From a virus (taxonomy: Duplodnaviria; Caudoviricetes): DNA of 64,000 nt. This document shows positions 36,731-47,906 of this stretch, piece after piece. The notes beneath the pieces are model-generated. The model searched no databases, had not been told where the DNA came from, and worked only from the letters and a program-made list of their open reading frames with translations. The stretch is from IMG/VR virus record IMGVR_UViG_3300032285_001531; one strand, given 5' to 3'. A program made the translations under genes and the position numbers. Position 1 is the stretch's first letter; each line of letters starts with the position of its first letter.

Positions 36731-37697
36731 TAAGATACCATTTGATAGAATAACAAAATTTGGGCAACAGACAATGTTGCAATATCCTCTTTTTTCTATT
36801 AGTTGGATACTAGGAAGATTCTGTAATTATAAATGCTCATATTGTTGGCCCTATGCTAACTCCAGTACACCAGACTATCAATCACTAGATACATATAAAA
36901 AATCTATAGACGAAATAAAACGTCAAGCCAAAGCAAATGGATTCAGAGACTTTCATTGGTCTTTTAGTGGTGGTGAGCCAACTGCATATAAACATCTACT
37001 AGAATTAATCAGACACCTAGATGATAATGTTACTCCCTATCAAAGCATACACCTGACTACTAATTTAAGCCCTAGTAAGAAGTGGTGGATGAATTGGGGA
37101 ATGGCAACTGAGTTGATTCAACGTAAGTCAATCACTGCAAGTTTTCATAGTGAGTTTGCAAACGAAAGTGAATTCACTGACAAGTGTTTATTCTTAATGG
37201 GCGAAAATGTACATGTTACTATCAATCAAGTAATGGTACCTGATCAGTTTGATGAACTATATGCCCGTTGCAAACGATTTAGTGATAAAGGAATAAATGT
37301 AACATTAAAGCCACAAAGTAATGATACTGCCACAGAGATAGTAAGCGGCTACAATGATGAAATGATTACACTTATGCGTAACGGTTTTCCACAGCAACAT
37401 AAAAAGACACAGTTCTATCAAATCAAATTATATGAAAACGATACTGAATATGAATTGGATCAAGCAGAAAGATTCAATGCGTTTGGGTTTAATAAGTTTG
37501 AAGGATGGAGTTGTAATTCAGGATATCAAAGTGTTATAATACGTAGTAATGAGGTTAAGCGTGGCTATAGTTGTCGTGATGAAATATTAGGCACATTAGA
37601 TAATGGCTTTACCTTATTCAGTGAACCAAAAGTTTGTGTGACTCCTAGTTGCGTGAGTAGTGCAGACAGTAAGATACCAAAATGCAAATTGACTTAG
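36717..37697 (+). CDS. Radical SAM protein
   Basis: CNYKCSYC, FSGGEP; C-terminal Cys-rich (Twitch/SPASM-like) domain. Confidence 0.9.
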   Translation: MNEFDKIPFDRITKFGQQTMLQYPLFSISWILGRFCNYKCSYCWPYANSSTPDYQSLDTYKKSIDEIKRQAKANGFRDFHWSFSGGEPTAYKHLLELIRHLDDNVTPYQSIHLTTNLSPSKKWWMNWGMATELIQRKSITASFHSEFANESEFTDKCLFLMGENVHVTINQVMVPDQFDELYARCKRFSDKGINVTLKPQSNDTATEIVSGYNDEMITLMRNGFPQQHKKTQFYQIKLYENDTEYELDQAERFNAFGFNKFEGWSCNSGYQSVIIRSNEVKRGYSCRDEILGTLDNGFTLFSEPKVCVTPSCVSSADSKIPKCKLT

Positions 37698-38275
37698 ACC
37701 ATGTAATGTTTTGGATGGATGCTATACGTAATAGCAGTGACCCTAAGCGCACATTAGAATCATTTTGGAAGGGTCAATTACGTAGTAAGCGTTGGCTAAT
37801 AGAAGAACTAACTCCATTCATAGTTGAGCCTATGAGTTTTGATATACACGGTGGTTGGAACGGAGTATTAGCAAGTATGATATTCCAAAGCAATATGCCT
37901 GTAAAGAATATTCGTAGTGTAGACATTGATCCTTCATGTGAAGAAATTTGTCGCACAATGAATAAGTTAGAAGAAATAGCAGGACGTTTTCGTGCAGTAA
38001 CCGCAGATATGTGTAATATACGTAGTGATGCGGATGTCATTATCAATACAAGTTGTGAACATATATCACAGGATGAATATGATATGTGGCTAAGCGGCAT
38101 ACCTCAGAACAGTCTTATAGTGTTACAAAGTAATGATTATAAGATTGATGAACACGTTAGAGTGGTTGACAGTTTAGAAGAATTTGTAAGTCAGAGTGAC
38201 ATTGATGTAGAGTATAGTGGCGAGTTTGAATTGCCACTATATACTCGTTATATGATTATTGGAAACAAATACTAA
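37682..38275 (+). CDS. SAM-dependent methyltransferase-like protein
   Basis: IHGGWNG glycine loop, SVDIDP, INTSCEH. Confidence 0.7.
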   Translation: MQIDLDHVMFWMDAIRNSSDPKRTLESFWKGQLRSKRWLIEELTPFIVEPMSFDIHGGWNGVLASMIFQSNMPVKNIRSVDIDPSCEEICRTMNKLEEIAGRFRAVTADMCNIRSDADVIINTSCEHISQDEYDMWLSGIPQNSLIVLQSNDYKIDEHVRVVDSLEEFVSQSDIDVEYSGEFELPLYTRYMIIGNKY

Positions 38276-39330
38276 TTGTCCCAAACAGTAGGATTGTTTA
38301 TTCTACCCGTAAAGTTCCCGCAATTGCCTGCACATGCTGCTAAGCGACCCTCACTATATTTACGCCCATCCCAACTCTCTTGTATCTTGTTATAAAATAC
38401 ATTGTCTATGATGTTATGCCACTCAGTTTCATATAGATTAACTTTACTTTTACCTTCAGTATCCCAAAGATGATCCCAACCATCGGGTACAGTTAATGTT
38501 ACTCTGCTATATAAACTAGCACCTAAGAAACAACAAGGAAATACATTACCCTGACTGTCAATATATACACTACGGTCTTTCTTAGCATAGCAATCTATAT
38601 TACTATTCTCACTACTATCTAACCATTGCTGTACATCTAATTTCTTTAATGGTTGCATGACCACACTGTGTACATATTTCTCATCAGTTGGTGGCTCAAT
38701 TATAACTCCATCTGTACCAACAGGTCTACGACCTAAAATATTATCTAATGCGAATCTATGACTAGATATAATGATAAAGTTTTTAAAGCCTAAGTCTTTG
38801 CTAAGTTCTTTTGCTTCATCTACTTGATGTTGATTATGTTTGAATACAATGAACTGCCAATTAGCAATACCACCTGCATTAATGAATGCTATACTGTTAA
38901 CCATTACCTTCTGATAGTTTACATTCATACGATAGATATGATTAGTATTCGATAACCCATCTATAGCAAAGTTAACCTCATGATTGGGACCTAATGCTTC
39001 TACTAACATAGTCCAAAATATAGGGTTCTTCATGCCACCATTAGTGCTAATCTTAATCATAGCATTAGGAGCTTTCTCTCTAGCCTTCTTTACTACCTCA
39101 ATAAAGTTTGGGGCAGCGCACGGATCTCCCATTGTGCCACTGAATAATATCTTTTTTATATTTGCATATACATGATCGGGTATACGGTCAAAGAACTCTG
39201 TTGTCAAGTGTGTTTGCTTGAACCAACTATAGTCACCCGGATATGTTTCACGTAAGCATTGTGGACATGCAGCATTACATATACTGCTGTTCTCTATATC
39301 TAAGTTTATTATGTTATCGTAGAAATTCAT
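38272..39330 (-). CDS. Radical SAM protein with SPASM/Twitch domain
   Basis: CNAACPQC, GTMGDP, GNVFPCC, C-terminal CAGNC. Confidence 0.9.
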   Translation of the reverse strand: MNFYDNIINLDIENSSICNAACPQCLRETYPGDYSWFKQTHLTTEFFDRIPDHVYANIKKILFSGTMGDPCAAPNFIEVVKKAREKAPNAMIKISTNGGMKNPIFWTMLVEALGPNHEVNFAIDGLSNTNHIYRMNVNYQKVMVNSIAFINAGGIANWQFIVFKHNQHQVDEAKELSKDLGFKNFIIISSHRFALDNILGRRPVGTDGVIIEPPTDEKYVHSVVMQPLKKLDVQQWLDSSENSNIDCYAKKDRSVYIDSQGNVFPCCFLGASLYSRVTLTVPDGWDHLWDTEGKSKVNLYETEWHNIIDNVFYNKIQESWDGRKYSEGRLAACAGNCGNFTGRINNPTVWDN

Positions 39331-39338
39331 GTAGTTAT

Positions 39339-40031
39339 TTAATTTATTTTAATAGCCTGATCTATCAATGATTCAGGATAGTTACTTCTAAAGCTATTAA
39401 AACATATTAGTTGTAATGTTGGTATATCGTATGGTGTATCTAAATCCATTTTATAATGATCCAACATTAATTGCAACTTATCCTGACGGTCTATGCTTAT
39501 TTGTATTAGCAAATCACGTATTTTAATTTTAGGATCAGTTTTATTAAAAGAAAAGAACCAATTATATGGAGTAAGCACTCCGTCTATAGCTACCCAACTG
39601 TTCGGATGTAAACTAAATTTATAAATGCCTGCTTTCTTCATTTCAGTGATTCTATCTAACCACTGTGCTTGCCAGTTCGGTAATACTTTATCGTATCCAC
39701 CATTGTTAATCCCTTGCATTAAAAAATCATCACCATGCCAATCAATGTATATTTCTCTTTTGAAAACATTAATGTCTTGTATTTTTAATGTGGGTATACT
39801 TGCTTTACGTGCAATCTCATGAAAAGTTACTTCACGTGAAAATCTATCAGTAAGAAGTTCGTTTGTCCAAAGTTTGTTTTCTTCTGGCCATCTGTGGTAA
39901 TTAACATCTCTGTTAAAACTCATGCATAATGTTTTCTTATCCGGGCTTACGTAAGGAGTGTATACTAAGTTAGAACGTACCCATTCTTGTCCTTCTAAAT
40001 TATAAAGAAATGTCCAATTATCAGTTATCAT
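39339..40031 (-). CDS. Hypothetical protein, possibly degenerate kinase-like fold
   Basis: FSREV, LHPNS and NWFF resemble kinase subdomains but lack the catalytic Asp residues. Confidence 0.4.
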   Translation of the reverse strand: MITDNWTFLYNLEGQEWVRSNLVYTPYVSPDKKTLCMSFNRDVNYHRWPEENKLWTNELLTDRFSREVTFHEIARKASIPTLKIQDINVFKREIYIDWHGDDFLMQGINNGGYDKVLPNWQAQWLDRITEMKKAGIYKFSLHPNSWVAIDGVLTPYNWFFSFNKTDPKIKIRDLLIQISIDRQDKLQLMLDHYKMDLDTPYDIPTLQLICFNSFRSNYPESLIDQAIKIN

Positions 40032-40078
40032 ATATTTGTCTCCTGAATATTTATAATAAATACCAACAGGAGAATAAA

Positions 40079-40861
40079 ATGATTCGTGGCATAGGTGGAA
40101 AACCTTTTATTAATTTAGATAATCTAATAGACATTGACGGATTTAAAAAGCTACACTATAAAATCTGCAAGGGGATACTAGATTCTGATTACAAAAAAGA
40201 AGGCAATATGGTTCAGCCCGGTGGGTTTAATAACGCATATGAGTTAACCTTTAAGCCATTGTTTCAAGCATTAGAAGAATATCATAATTTACCCGAGGAT
40301 CATGAAATTAGAATTTTGGGTAGAGAAATAGGTGAATATCAAAATCGTGATAAATTTATGCTGTTTCTTAAACTAGCACTAGGTGCATATGATGCATATC
40401 AATTTGTATTTTTAAAGACCGAAGAAGGTGGTTGGGAAAGTAGATTTGAAGAAAAAGCATGGACTCCTGATGCAAAGTATTTCCCTGAACTTAAACTATG
40501 GTTAGAAAATTTGATTACCACAGGTGTATTCAAACACTTAGGTAGAATCATAATTTTTAAAGCAGAGCATGATTGTTATATGCCATTACACAGAGATTTA
40601 ATTTATCCTGAAGAAAACGATTACTTTAATCATAGACATGAGTTTATACATTTACGTACTAACTTAGATAAACCTTTTTATATTTGGGATCGTGATGCTG
40701 ATAGTAAGATACTAACAGATAGTCATGCTACATTTTTTAACGATCAGGACTGGCATGCAGGTGGACGCACTAATAAACAAACCTATAGCATACGTGTTGA
40801 TGGTATATTTACTGATGAATTTCGTGAAAAGATGGGAATCAATAATTTAGATTTTTATTGA
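40079..40861 (+). CDS. 2OG-Fe(II) oxygenase-like protein
   Basis: LHRD (HxD), distal WHAG, YSIRVDG; AGGAG RBS. Confidence 0.65.
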   Translation: MIRGIGGKPFINLDNLIDIDGFKKLHYKICKGILDSDYKKEGNMVQPGGFNNAYELTFKPLFQALEEYHNLPEDHEIRILGREIGEYQNRDKFMLFLKLALGAYDAYQFVFLKTEEGGWESRFEEKAWTPDAKYFPELKLWLENLITTGVFKHLGRIIIFKAEHDCYMPLHRDLIYPEENDYFNHRHEFIHLRTNLDKPFYIWDRDADSKILTDSHATFFNDQDWHAGGRTNKQTYSIRVDGIFTDEFREKMGINNLDFY

Positions 40862-42318
40862 TTAAGTTTTTTACGTTTATATTTTTCAATATGTGCCTGC
40901 TTTGCAAAATAATATGTACTTGTCTCGTTGTTAATTATTTCTTCTAATACATTATCATTTATTAAAGACTTTGGCTGCTCAAAGAAATGAGCCATAGTAA
41001 AATTGTTTACAGGATTGGTATTGATAGTAGAATCATTAAAATCATATGCCATTTTCTTTGCTGTGGCATGAGTAAAATGATCGTTCTGCCAATTTATAAC
41101 ATGATTGTGTTTAAATATATTATATGAATCATCGTATTCTTCTTCAGTGTTTAATCTATAGCCATACTTTTGAAGATCCAAAGAAATCTTACTCGGCTTA
41201 AGTGATTTACTATCCACAGATGGAATTTCAAGACCAAAACTTTTTACACTTTGATGATTCTTAATCCAGTAATTATCAATCCAATCAAATGTATCCTGTT
41301 GAGTGTCAACTGTTTCACCGGGCAAGCCAATTACTAAAGCTATAGTTGCACGATAGGGTAAACTTTCAGATTTAAAATAACTAATAACGTCTAATAGACC
41401 TTGCTGAAGTCTTTCCTTTTTGATTCCTTTTCCTATAAATTTAGCTGTAGGGGTGTTCATAGTTTCTATACCATAGAAGTGACCAAGTAAACCCATGCGA
41501 GCCATATGCTCTCTATCCTGTTTTCGTAGTACTAATAAATCTGCTCTAATAAAGCCTGAGAAATAAGGATTGAAACTTAACTGTTCAGTAGCATCTGCAA
41601 ATTTTATTAGTTTCTCTGTACTTTCATTTATAGTTTCATCACCAATTAGATATTTTGTTACACCGTAATCATCATATGTTCTTTGTAGTTGCGTAGTATA
41701 ATTATCAGCATCTCGTGTATAATCGCCCTTTACTCCAAGTATAGGAAAATTACAGTATGGACATTCAAACTTGCATCCGCGTCCAAGCTCTATGCCTAAC
41801 CATTCGTTAGATTCTATATAATCTCTTTTTTCATAAACTATATCTAAGTCTTTTAAAGGTGCGCTAGGATAAAAAGAATTACCGTCAATAACTTTTTTAT
41901 CATACATAATTTTAAATCTTACCGATGGGCCATTGCCTACAAGATTTTTCAACAAGGCTAAAATAGCATTTTCTCCAAATCCTGTTATATAATAATCAAT
42001 GTCTTTAGAAATAGTATCTGGAATATATTGACCGCCTATAACCATTTTAACTTGTGGGTAATTAATTTTAACCCAAGAAATAAATGAATCAATTTCTGGA
42101 GGATACAGTCCAAAAGTACAACTGAATCCTAATAGTTTTGTAGAAGAATCAATTCTTTGAGTAGCAAGTAATTTTAACTCATCTAATGAAAAATAGTTAG
42201 CCCAATCTATTACTTCAACATCCCAATCATTTTTTCTCATTATAGTAGCAATACGATGAGCACCAGGACTTCGGTATGGCATGTCTGTTTGAAGATTAAA
42301 AATTATAGATTTAAACAT
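40855..42318 (-). CDS. B12-binding radical SAM protein
   Basis: N-terminal cobalamin-binding-like domain (MVIGG, GFGE), RGCKFECPYC, GIET. Confidence 0.88.
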   Translation of the reverse strand: MFKSIIFNLQTDMPYRSPGAHRIATIMRKNDWDVEVIDWANYFSLDELKLLATQRIDSSTKLLGFSCTFGLYPPEIDSFISWVKINYPQVKMVIGGQYIPDTISKDIDYYITGFGENAILALLKNLVGNGPSVRFKIMYDKKVIDGNSFYPSAPLKDLDIVYEKRDYIESNEWLGIELGRGCKFECPYCNFPILGVKGDYTRDADNYTTQLQRTYDDYGVTKYLIGDETINESTEKLIKFADATEQLSFNPYFSGFIRADLLVLRKQDREHMARMGLLGHFYGIETMNTPTAKFIGKGIKKERLQQGLLDVISYFKSESLPYRATIALVIGLPGETVDTQQDTFDWIDNYWIKNHQSVKSFGLEIPSVDSKSLKPSKISLDLQKYGYRLNTEEEYDDSYNIFKHNHVINWQNDHFTHATAKKMAYDFNDSTINTNPVNNFTMAHFFEQPKSLINDNVLEEIINNETSTYYFAKQAHIEKYKRKKLNQ

Positions 42319-42802
42319 CGTAGATTGTTAGTTGTAGACTTACTTTAGGTATGAATGTTAGATTAGCACTACCATGTAATGCAGTTGGATCATCAAATTC
42401 AAATATATCACCGGCTTGATAATCAGAGATAAGTTTATCTTTGTAAACAAATATATGACCTGTAATGTAGTCTTGATAAGGAATCCAAAGTCGCCTAACA
42501 TTACAGCCGTTATCTTTAAATGTATCTACGTGCATTGGAAATAAACATGCAGGATCAAGACGAACGAACCACCAATCTATGTTTCCTGTATACGGTATTG
42601 GCAATTCAATATCATTGATTCCAATTTCTTCGTAATAAAATCTCCATCTTGCGCCGGCTACATCAAGACCTTGATAGTCTTTGCCTTGCGCTCTTGCCTT
42701 TTCGCTTTCTTCTTTCCCAGGACGAACTTGACCTTCACTGTTCATTACTGCATCAAGTAATTCTTGCTTTACCCAATTTTTATAATTTCCTAGATATTTC
42801 AT
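42311..42802 (-). CDS. 2OG-Fe(II)/Asp-hydroxylase-like oxygenase
   Basis: FPMHVD (HxD), ALHGSAN, KVSLQ. Confidence 0.7.
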   Translation of the reverse strand: MKYLGNYKNWVKQELLDAVMNSEGQVRPGKEESEKARAQGKDYQGLDVAGARWRFYYEEIGINDIELPIPYTGNIDWWFVRLDPACLFPMHVDTFKDNGCNVRRLWIPYQDYITGHIFVYKDKLISDYQAGDIFEFDDPTALHGSANLTFIPKVSLQLTIYDV

Positions 42803-42817
42803 AGATAAGTATTTATT

Positions 42818-44206
42818 ATGTCAGATAGAATCAAAACATTTATAAAACTCATTGAAGATAGAACCGGTACTCCAACATTCTGCGCACTACCTTGGATACA
42901 TTTAGCAACTAGACCTAATGGAGATGCTAGACTATGCTGTGTTACTAATGCTAGTGGCGCACATACAGGAGATCATACTGTAGGATTAGTTAAAAAAGAA
43001 AACGGTGTTCCTGCAAACTTCGGTAAAGATACCCCATTAAGTGCAATTAATAATCAATATATGCGTGATGTACGACTAACAATGTTAGACGGAAAGATCC
43101 CTGCAAGTTGCACAAAATGCTTTGAGGAAGAAGATAACGGTGTAGTCAGCAAAAGATTATGGGAACTATATTCATGGGATAAAGATGGACTAGACTTTAA
43201 TGAATTAATAGATAATACGCAAGTTGACGGAACTATTCCTCCTGTGTTAAGATACTTAGACTTACGTTTAGGACATACTTGTAATCTTAAATGTGTTATG
43301 TGTAGCCCGCATGATAGTAGTCGCTGGTTACAAGACTATGAGAAAGTAATGAGTAAAACTACTAGTCCTATTGTTATTAAACAAATCAAATGGGATAAGT
43401 TAGAATTTGATAATTTTTGGTATGAAAAATCAGAGTTTTGGGATGAAATATTCGAACAAATTCCCAATATAACTCAGCTATACTTTGCTGGTGGTGAGCC
43501 ATTAATGATTAAAGAACATCGTAGATTCTTAGATGAGATAATCAAACGTGGATATAATAAGCAAATTACATTAAGATATAATAGTAACGGAATATATGTT
43601 AATGACGATATTATTAATGTATGGAGCCAATTTAAAGAAGTAAAGTATGCATTCAGTATTGACGGAAACTTCGATAGAAACGGATACATACGATTCCCAA
43701 CAGACTGGACAGATATTGAACGTAGCCTAGATTTACTAGACAATACTCCAGACAATATTCATTGTAGTATTGCTTGTGCTGTACAAGTGTTGAATATCAA
43801 ACACATCGTTAATTTCGCCAAGTGGAAACTGTCGAAAGGCTACAAGAAAATCAACAAGTACAAGATGGATGACTATGAAGCAGGTGGTGGCATAATTAGT
43901 CTACACTTGCTTTATATTCCTACATTCTTATCTGCACGTATTCTTCCAGAGAAGGATAAAGCAGAAGTAAGACAACAAATATTAGATTTTAAGGAATGGT
44001 TATGGACAAATTATACACAAGACGAGAATTTTTGGCAGGTAAATCCTTATGGATGGAAGCGTTGGGAAGCTATCTTACGTTTTATAGACAAGGAAGATCA
44101 TAGTCATATGGTCCCCGACTTTGCAGAATATGTAAAGAACTTAGATAGTATTAGGGGAACAGATTTCGCTGCGACTTTCCCTGAACTCGCACATCTACTT
44201 TCGTAA
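42818..44206 (+). CDS. Radical SAM protein with N-terminal Twitch-like domain
   Basis: FCALPW...RLCC...CTKC; CNLKCVMC; FAGGEP. Confidence 0.9.
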   Translation: MSDRIKTFIKLIEDRTGTPTFCALPWIHLATRPNGDARLCCVTNASGAHTGDHTVGLVKKENGVPANFGKDTPLSAINNQYMRDVRLTMLDGKIPASCTKCFEEEDNGVVSKRLWELYSWDKDGLDFNELIDNTQVDGTIPPVLRYLDLRLGHTCNLKCVMCSPHDSSRWLQDYEKVMSKTTSPIVIKQIKWDKLEFDNFWYEKSEFWDEIFEQIPNITQLYFAGGEPLMIKEHRRFLDEIIKRGYNKQITLRYNSNGIYVNDDIINVWSQFKEVKYAFSIDGNFDRNGYIRFPTDWTDIERSLDLLDNTPDNIHCSIACAVQVLNIKHIVNFAKWKLSKGYKKINKYKMDDYEAGGGIISLHLLYIPTFLSARILPEKDKAEVRQQILDFKEWLWTNYTQDENFWQVNPYGWKRWEAILRFIDKEDHSHMVPDFAEYVKNLDSIRGTDFAATFPELAHLLS

Positions 44207-45080
44207 GAGGAATATCTGCTGCACATGTGCAACTGTCACGTGTGCAGATTACAGGATCAATAGGTAATTCAAATGTATCATTATATATATTACCTAAACT
44301 TCCTCCTACTCTACATGTAGCACGATGTACTTCCCCGTCCCAATTAATCATTAAACTTTCTAATCCTGCAGTACAAGTCCAACCCTTAAACTTATTCTTA
44401 TGCAATTTAATTATGTCATTGGCATGCATTAGTTCTATATCATCAATAATAGTGTTAGGCTTAACAGTTGCAGTTCTACTTAATATCCAGTCTAAATCAT
44501 TTTGGTCATAGCGCATATCGTCAAATATATTATGATCACCTTCTGTCCAACGTATTCTGCGTATAGCATATGGTATATCCCATCTATCAAAAGCAAAGAC
44601 TGCCTTACGAACTTCTTCCATCTTATCAGGATGAGCCATGACATTAATCATAAAAGGCTTGATTACTGCTTCAGGACTATCGGATCTAGCAAACATTAAT
44701 ATATTCTCTAATACATTTTCCCAGTCATATTCAAAGTGTAAGCTGAATACATAATGACTAACAGGTAAATTAAGATAATAACTTGCTTTTCTAGTTCCAT
44801 TAGTAGTAACGTTGATCCACTGTATATCACTATCTACACAATACTGTACTAATTCTTCGAACTGTGGATGTACACAGGGTTCTCCACCTGTAAAGCTAAT
44901 TCTACTACTCTTTGAAAGCTTATCTACTGCACGTTTAAGTATCTCTATATCTGTATGCGGGCTAGATAAGTCATGTATCTGTGAAGGACAATAACTACAG
45001 TCATAGTTACAGCGTTTCCCTAAGTTCCATTCAACCTTAATCTTATCCTGATGTGCGTATGCGCTTGTTATTTTATACAT
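44151..45080 (-). CDS. Radical SAM protein with C-terminal SPASM-like domain
   Basis: CNYDCSYC, FTGGEP, WTCTAG...CTRDSCTC. Confidence 0.9.
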   Translation of the reverse strand: MYKITSAYAHQDKIKVEWNLGKRCNYDCSYCPSQIHDLSSPHTDIEILKRAVDKLSKSSRISFTGGEPCVHPQFEELVQYCVDSDIQWINVTTNGTRKASYYLNLPVSHYVFSLHFEYDWENVLENILMFARSDSPEAVIKPFMINVMAHPDKMEEVRKAVFAFDRWDIPYAIRRIRWTEGDHNIFDDMRYDQNDLDWILSRTATVKPNTIIDDIELMHANDIIKLHKNKFKGWTCTAGLESLMINWDGEVHRATCRVGGSLGNIYNDTFELPIDPVICTRDSCTCAADIPLTKVDVRVQGKSQRNLFP

Positions 45081-46338
45081 ATAGTTTAAACTCTGGTGTC
45101 ACTTCTACAAATTTACGACTATCTCTGCTATTATCTAAACGTCTATTAAATTCTACAGTATCAGGCCATAAATGACTTTCATCTTTACTACGAATAAAGT
45201 TAATTACCCCGTCAATTTGCTGTAATGTTAGATTTAATAATATACTATGCTGTTTAACATATTTAAAGTCAGGGACTTTAGTCTTTATTGCTTCTAGTCT
45301 ACTAACAGCTAATTCTTTTAATTCATTGGGCATAGTCTGTACACTTAATACGTTAGGATATTTAACCATATTAGTATAGAATACAATACCCAAATCATCT
45401 AGGAAGTATTCTATCATCTTATCTAATACTAACACATTACTTACTTGCACTGCTACTGCCCCTACTATACGTGTAATATTAGGAATAGTCTGTACTTGTT
45501 TAATATTGTTGATTAATTCACTCCATACCGCGTTTCCACGTATATATTCATAACTATCAGCATAACCGTCTATACTAACGTTCACAGCTACACTCTTGAA
45601 TTTGGGCCAGTACTCCCATATAGTACGATTACTCTTCCCTAGTGTGGTCAAGTTTGTAGCATACTTAATCTCAATGTTATCTCCATAGGGTGCAAGCATA
45701 TCTAATATACGATAATGCTGTGGATCCATCAACGGTTCGCCACCTGCAAACTCTACTCTACGGAAGTATGGGAGATTCTTCTCTAAGCTATTCCACCATT
45801 CAGGATTATTCTGAAATTCATCTAATAAAGGTTTATTCTCTAAATTATGTTCTTCTACTAGATTGTAAATTACTTTGCCCTCGTCTTTATAAAAGTCTTT
45901 AATCTCACTCCAGTCATTCCAACTTGTGCTATCGCCCGGGTGACACATACGACACTTAAGATTACATAAATTGTTTAATTTTAATTCCATTGTAGGAATA
46001 CCTTCGGGCATAACGTAATCATCATTTAACTTGCTTAATGCATCAGGATATAGATTAATACGTGCTTCAGGAATAACTCCGGCTATGTGTCGTTGTCTTA
46101 AACTTTCTACACCCTGATCTTCTAAACTGAAACAGGGTTCGCATTCAGATGGACGTATATCATTTAATACTTGATGACGTATACGCTTCATATTATCATT
46201 GTTCCATACTTCTTCTAATGATTCTTTCTGTATCCAACCTATAGGGTGACTGCGGCAACATGCTTGTATGGCTCCATCTTCTCTTGTAGCAAGCCCTGTA
46301 AAAGGATGCATACAAAATGTTTTACTTGTTTTGTTCAA
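45073..46338 (-). CDS. Radical SAM protein with N-terminal Twitch-like domain
   Basis: Probable TTG start; FCMHPF...ACC...CEPC; CNLKCRMC; FAGGEP. Confidence 0.88.
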   Translation of the reverse strand: MNKTSKTFCMHPFTGLATREDGAIQACCRSHPIGWIQKESLEEVWNNDNMKRIRHQVLNDIRPSECEPCFSLEDQGVESLRQRHIAGVIPEARINLYPDALSKLNDDYVMPEGIPTMELKLNNLCNLKCRMCHPGDSTSWNDWSEIKDFYKDEGKVIYNLVEEHNLENKPLLDEFQNNPEWWNSLEKNLPYFRRVEFAGGEPLMDPQHYRILDMLAPYGDNIEIKYATNLTTLGKSNRTIWEYWPKFKSVAVNVSIDGYADSYEYIRGNAVWSELINNIKQVQTIPNITRIVGAVAVQVSNVLVLDKMIEYFLDDLGIVFYTNMVKYPNVLSVQTMPNELKELAVSRLEAIKTKVPDFKYVKQHSILLNLTLQQIDGVINFIRSKDESHLWPDTVEFNRRLDNSRDSRKFVEVTPEFKLYV

Positions 46339-47053
46339 TTGCCCACTCTCTTTCTTTGCACCAAAAACACTCACCGCATATAGGAACATACTGATCCATA
46401 ACATATGTTTTATAATCTATTCCTGCAAATTCACCTTCACAACTGCGTGTCATTAAAAGTAAATCTTTAGCAATATTATAATTAATATATTGTTTTATAA
46501 TCCAATCTTTTTGTACAAATCTAAAAGGATGTACGGCATATCTATCCATATGTTTCATTAAACGCAAATGTTGATTGTTTTCGTTAGATTCAATATTACG
46601 TTCAGTCATACCGGATAGATGAGATGGATTGCGTGTTACTGCATTATAATATGCATCAATATTATACTTGTCACAGATGTATTCTGCATATGCACGTTGT
46701 TGTATGTTATCCCCTGATACTTGTTTGCCGTATTCGTCTGTCAAACTAGGACCTATATTACCGTATTCAAGTTCCGGTGCAATAAAATTTACATGTCTAT
46801 ACCATGTGGGGCAGTGAAAATATTCGTATAACCATTGATACACTCTTAGACTATCAACTTCCTGCCAAGGTCTAGTCTTCCACATTCTGGTGTGACTTAT
46901 GATGTGAATTGTTACATCTCTTTTTTCTTTTTCTATAATGTCGCATAATATATAGGCAAGCAATGCGCTATCAGCACCACCGCTTAAACTAATAGCTATA
47001 CTTTCCCATTCTTTATTGAACGGTATATTAACTCCATCTATATTATATTCCAT
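46322..47053 (-). CDS. PP-loop ATPase, QueC-like
   Basis: ISLSGGADS PP-loop; TRSC and CGECFWC zinc motif. Confidence 0.7.
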   Translation of the reverse strand: MEYNIDGVNIPFNKEWESIAISLSGGADSALLAYILCDIIEKEKRDVTIHIISHTRMWKTRPWQEVDSLRVYQWLYEYFHCPTWYRHVNFIAPELEYGNIGPSLTDEYGKQVSGDNIQQRAYAEYICDKYNIDAYYNAVTRNPSHLSGMTERNIESNENNQHLRLMKHMDRYAVHPFRFVQKDWIIKQYINYNIAKDLLLMTRSCEGEFAGIDYKTYVMDQYVPICGECFWCKEREWAIEQNK

Positions 47054-47906
47054 GTTCTTCCAAATATCTAATTAACGGTGCTATTCCCACTGGATGTCCG
47101 TCACGCATTGCAATATGTATGCTCTGTGTTGCACGTAGATTAAAGTCGTTGCATATTTTATAATAGCGATCACCGTGTGTCATCCACAAATAATCTTTAG
47201 GGAAGTTACGCAAGAAATGATTAGCTATCATTACCAATGCTCTATTGTTCATATGAAAGTCATTCATAATAGTAATAGCATCAGGTTCTTTCTTCTTAGT
47301 CCATCTTAATCCTACTCTATTCCAACCCAACCCTAACCCTTTACTCAAACTAATAGCAACTGAAACAATAGCCGGATGATCAAAGTTAAAGTGTATGCCA
47401 TGACTGCAAGTAACCCAAGCACCGTCAATATGAACTTCAATTTCGTTTTCCAAACAGTCATCTAGTATATCATTCATGTCATAATGTATTGCACCAATGC
47501 TAGGAAAAGGCATTGCAATAATTAATGGTTTATACGGCACTAAGTAATTAGGAGTGCTATATATTAAGTTTGGATTCAATCGTTCATGGTATCTATAATC
47601 ACCTAACAACACTTGTATATCTTTTTCTTGCATATAGATGGTGTCAATGAATTGGGTGCATCCCATTGTTATGTCAATTCTATCAAAAGTATCAATACCT
47701 TTTAATACGTTAACATTGCTATTGAATATGTAATCATGTGCTAAACTACGGAAGTCATCATATACTTTATCCGTAATATCTTTGTCCATTCCCCCTGATA
47801 ATACTTCTTGTATAGTGTTCTCAATTTTTCTATCACTAAGAGTTTGCGGTCTATCCGTTTCTAAATATTCTTCCGAATAAACAGGAGCAATTTTTGTTCT
47901 TTTCAT
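47043..47906 (-). CDS. PLP-dependent aminotransferase-like protein (fold type I)
   Basis: HIDGAW and SLSKGLGLGWNRVG, matching DxA and SxSK...RxG. Confidence 0.65.
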   Translation of the reverse strand: MKRTKIAPVYSEEYLETDRPQTLSDRKIENTIQEVLSGGMDKDITDKVYDDFRSLAHDYIFNSNVNVLKGIDTFDRIDITMGCTQFIDTIYMQEKDIQVLLGDYRYHERLNPNLIYSTPNYLVPYKPLIIAMPFPSIGAIHYDMNDILDDCLENEIEVHIDGAWVTCSHGIHFNFDHPAIVSVAISLSKGLGLGWNRVGLRWTKKKEPDAITIMNDFHMNNRALVMIANHFLRNFPKDYLWMTHGDRYYKICNDFNLRATQSIHIAMRDGHPVGIAPLIRYLEEHGI

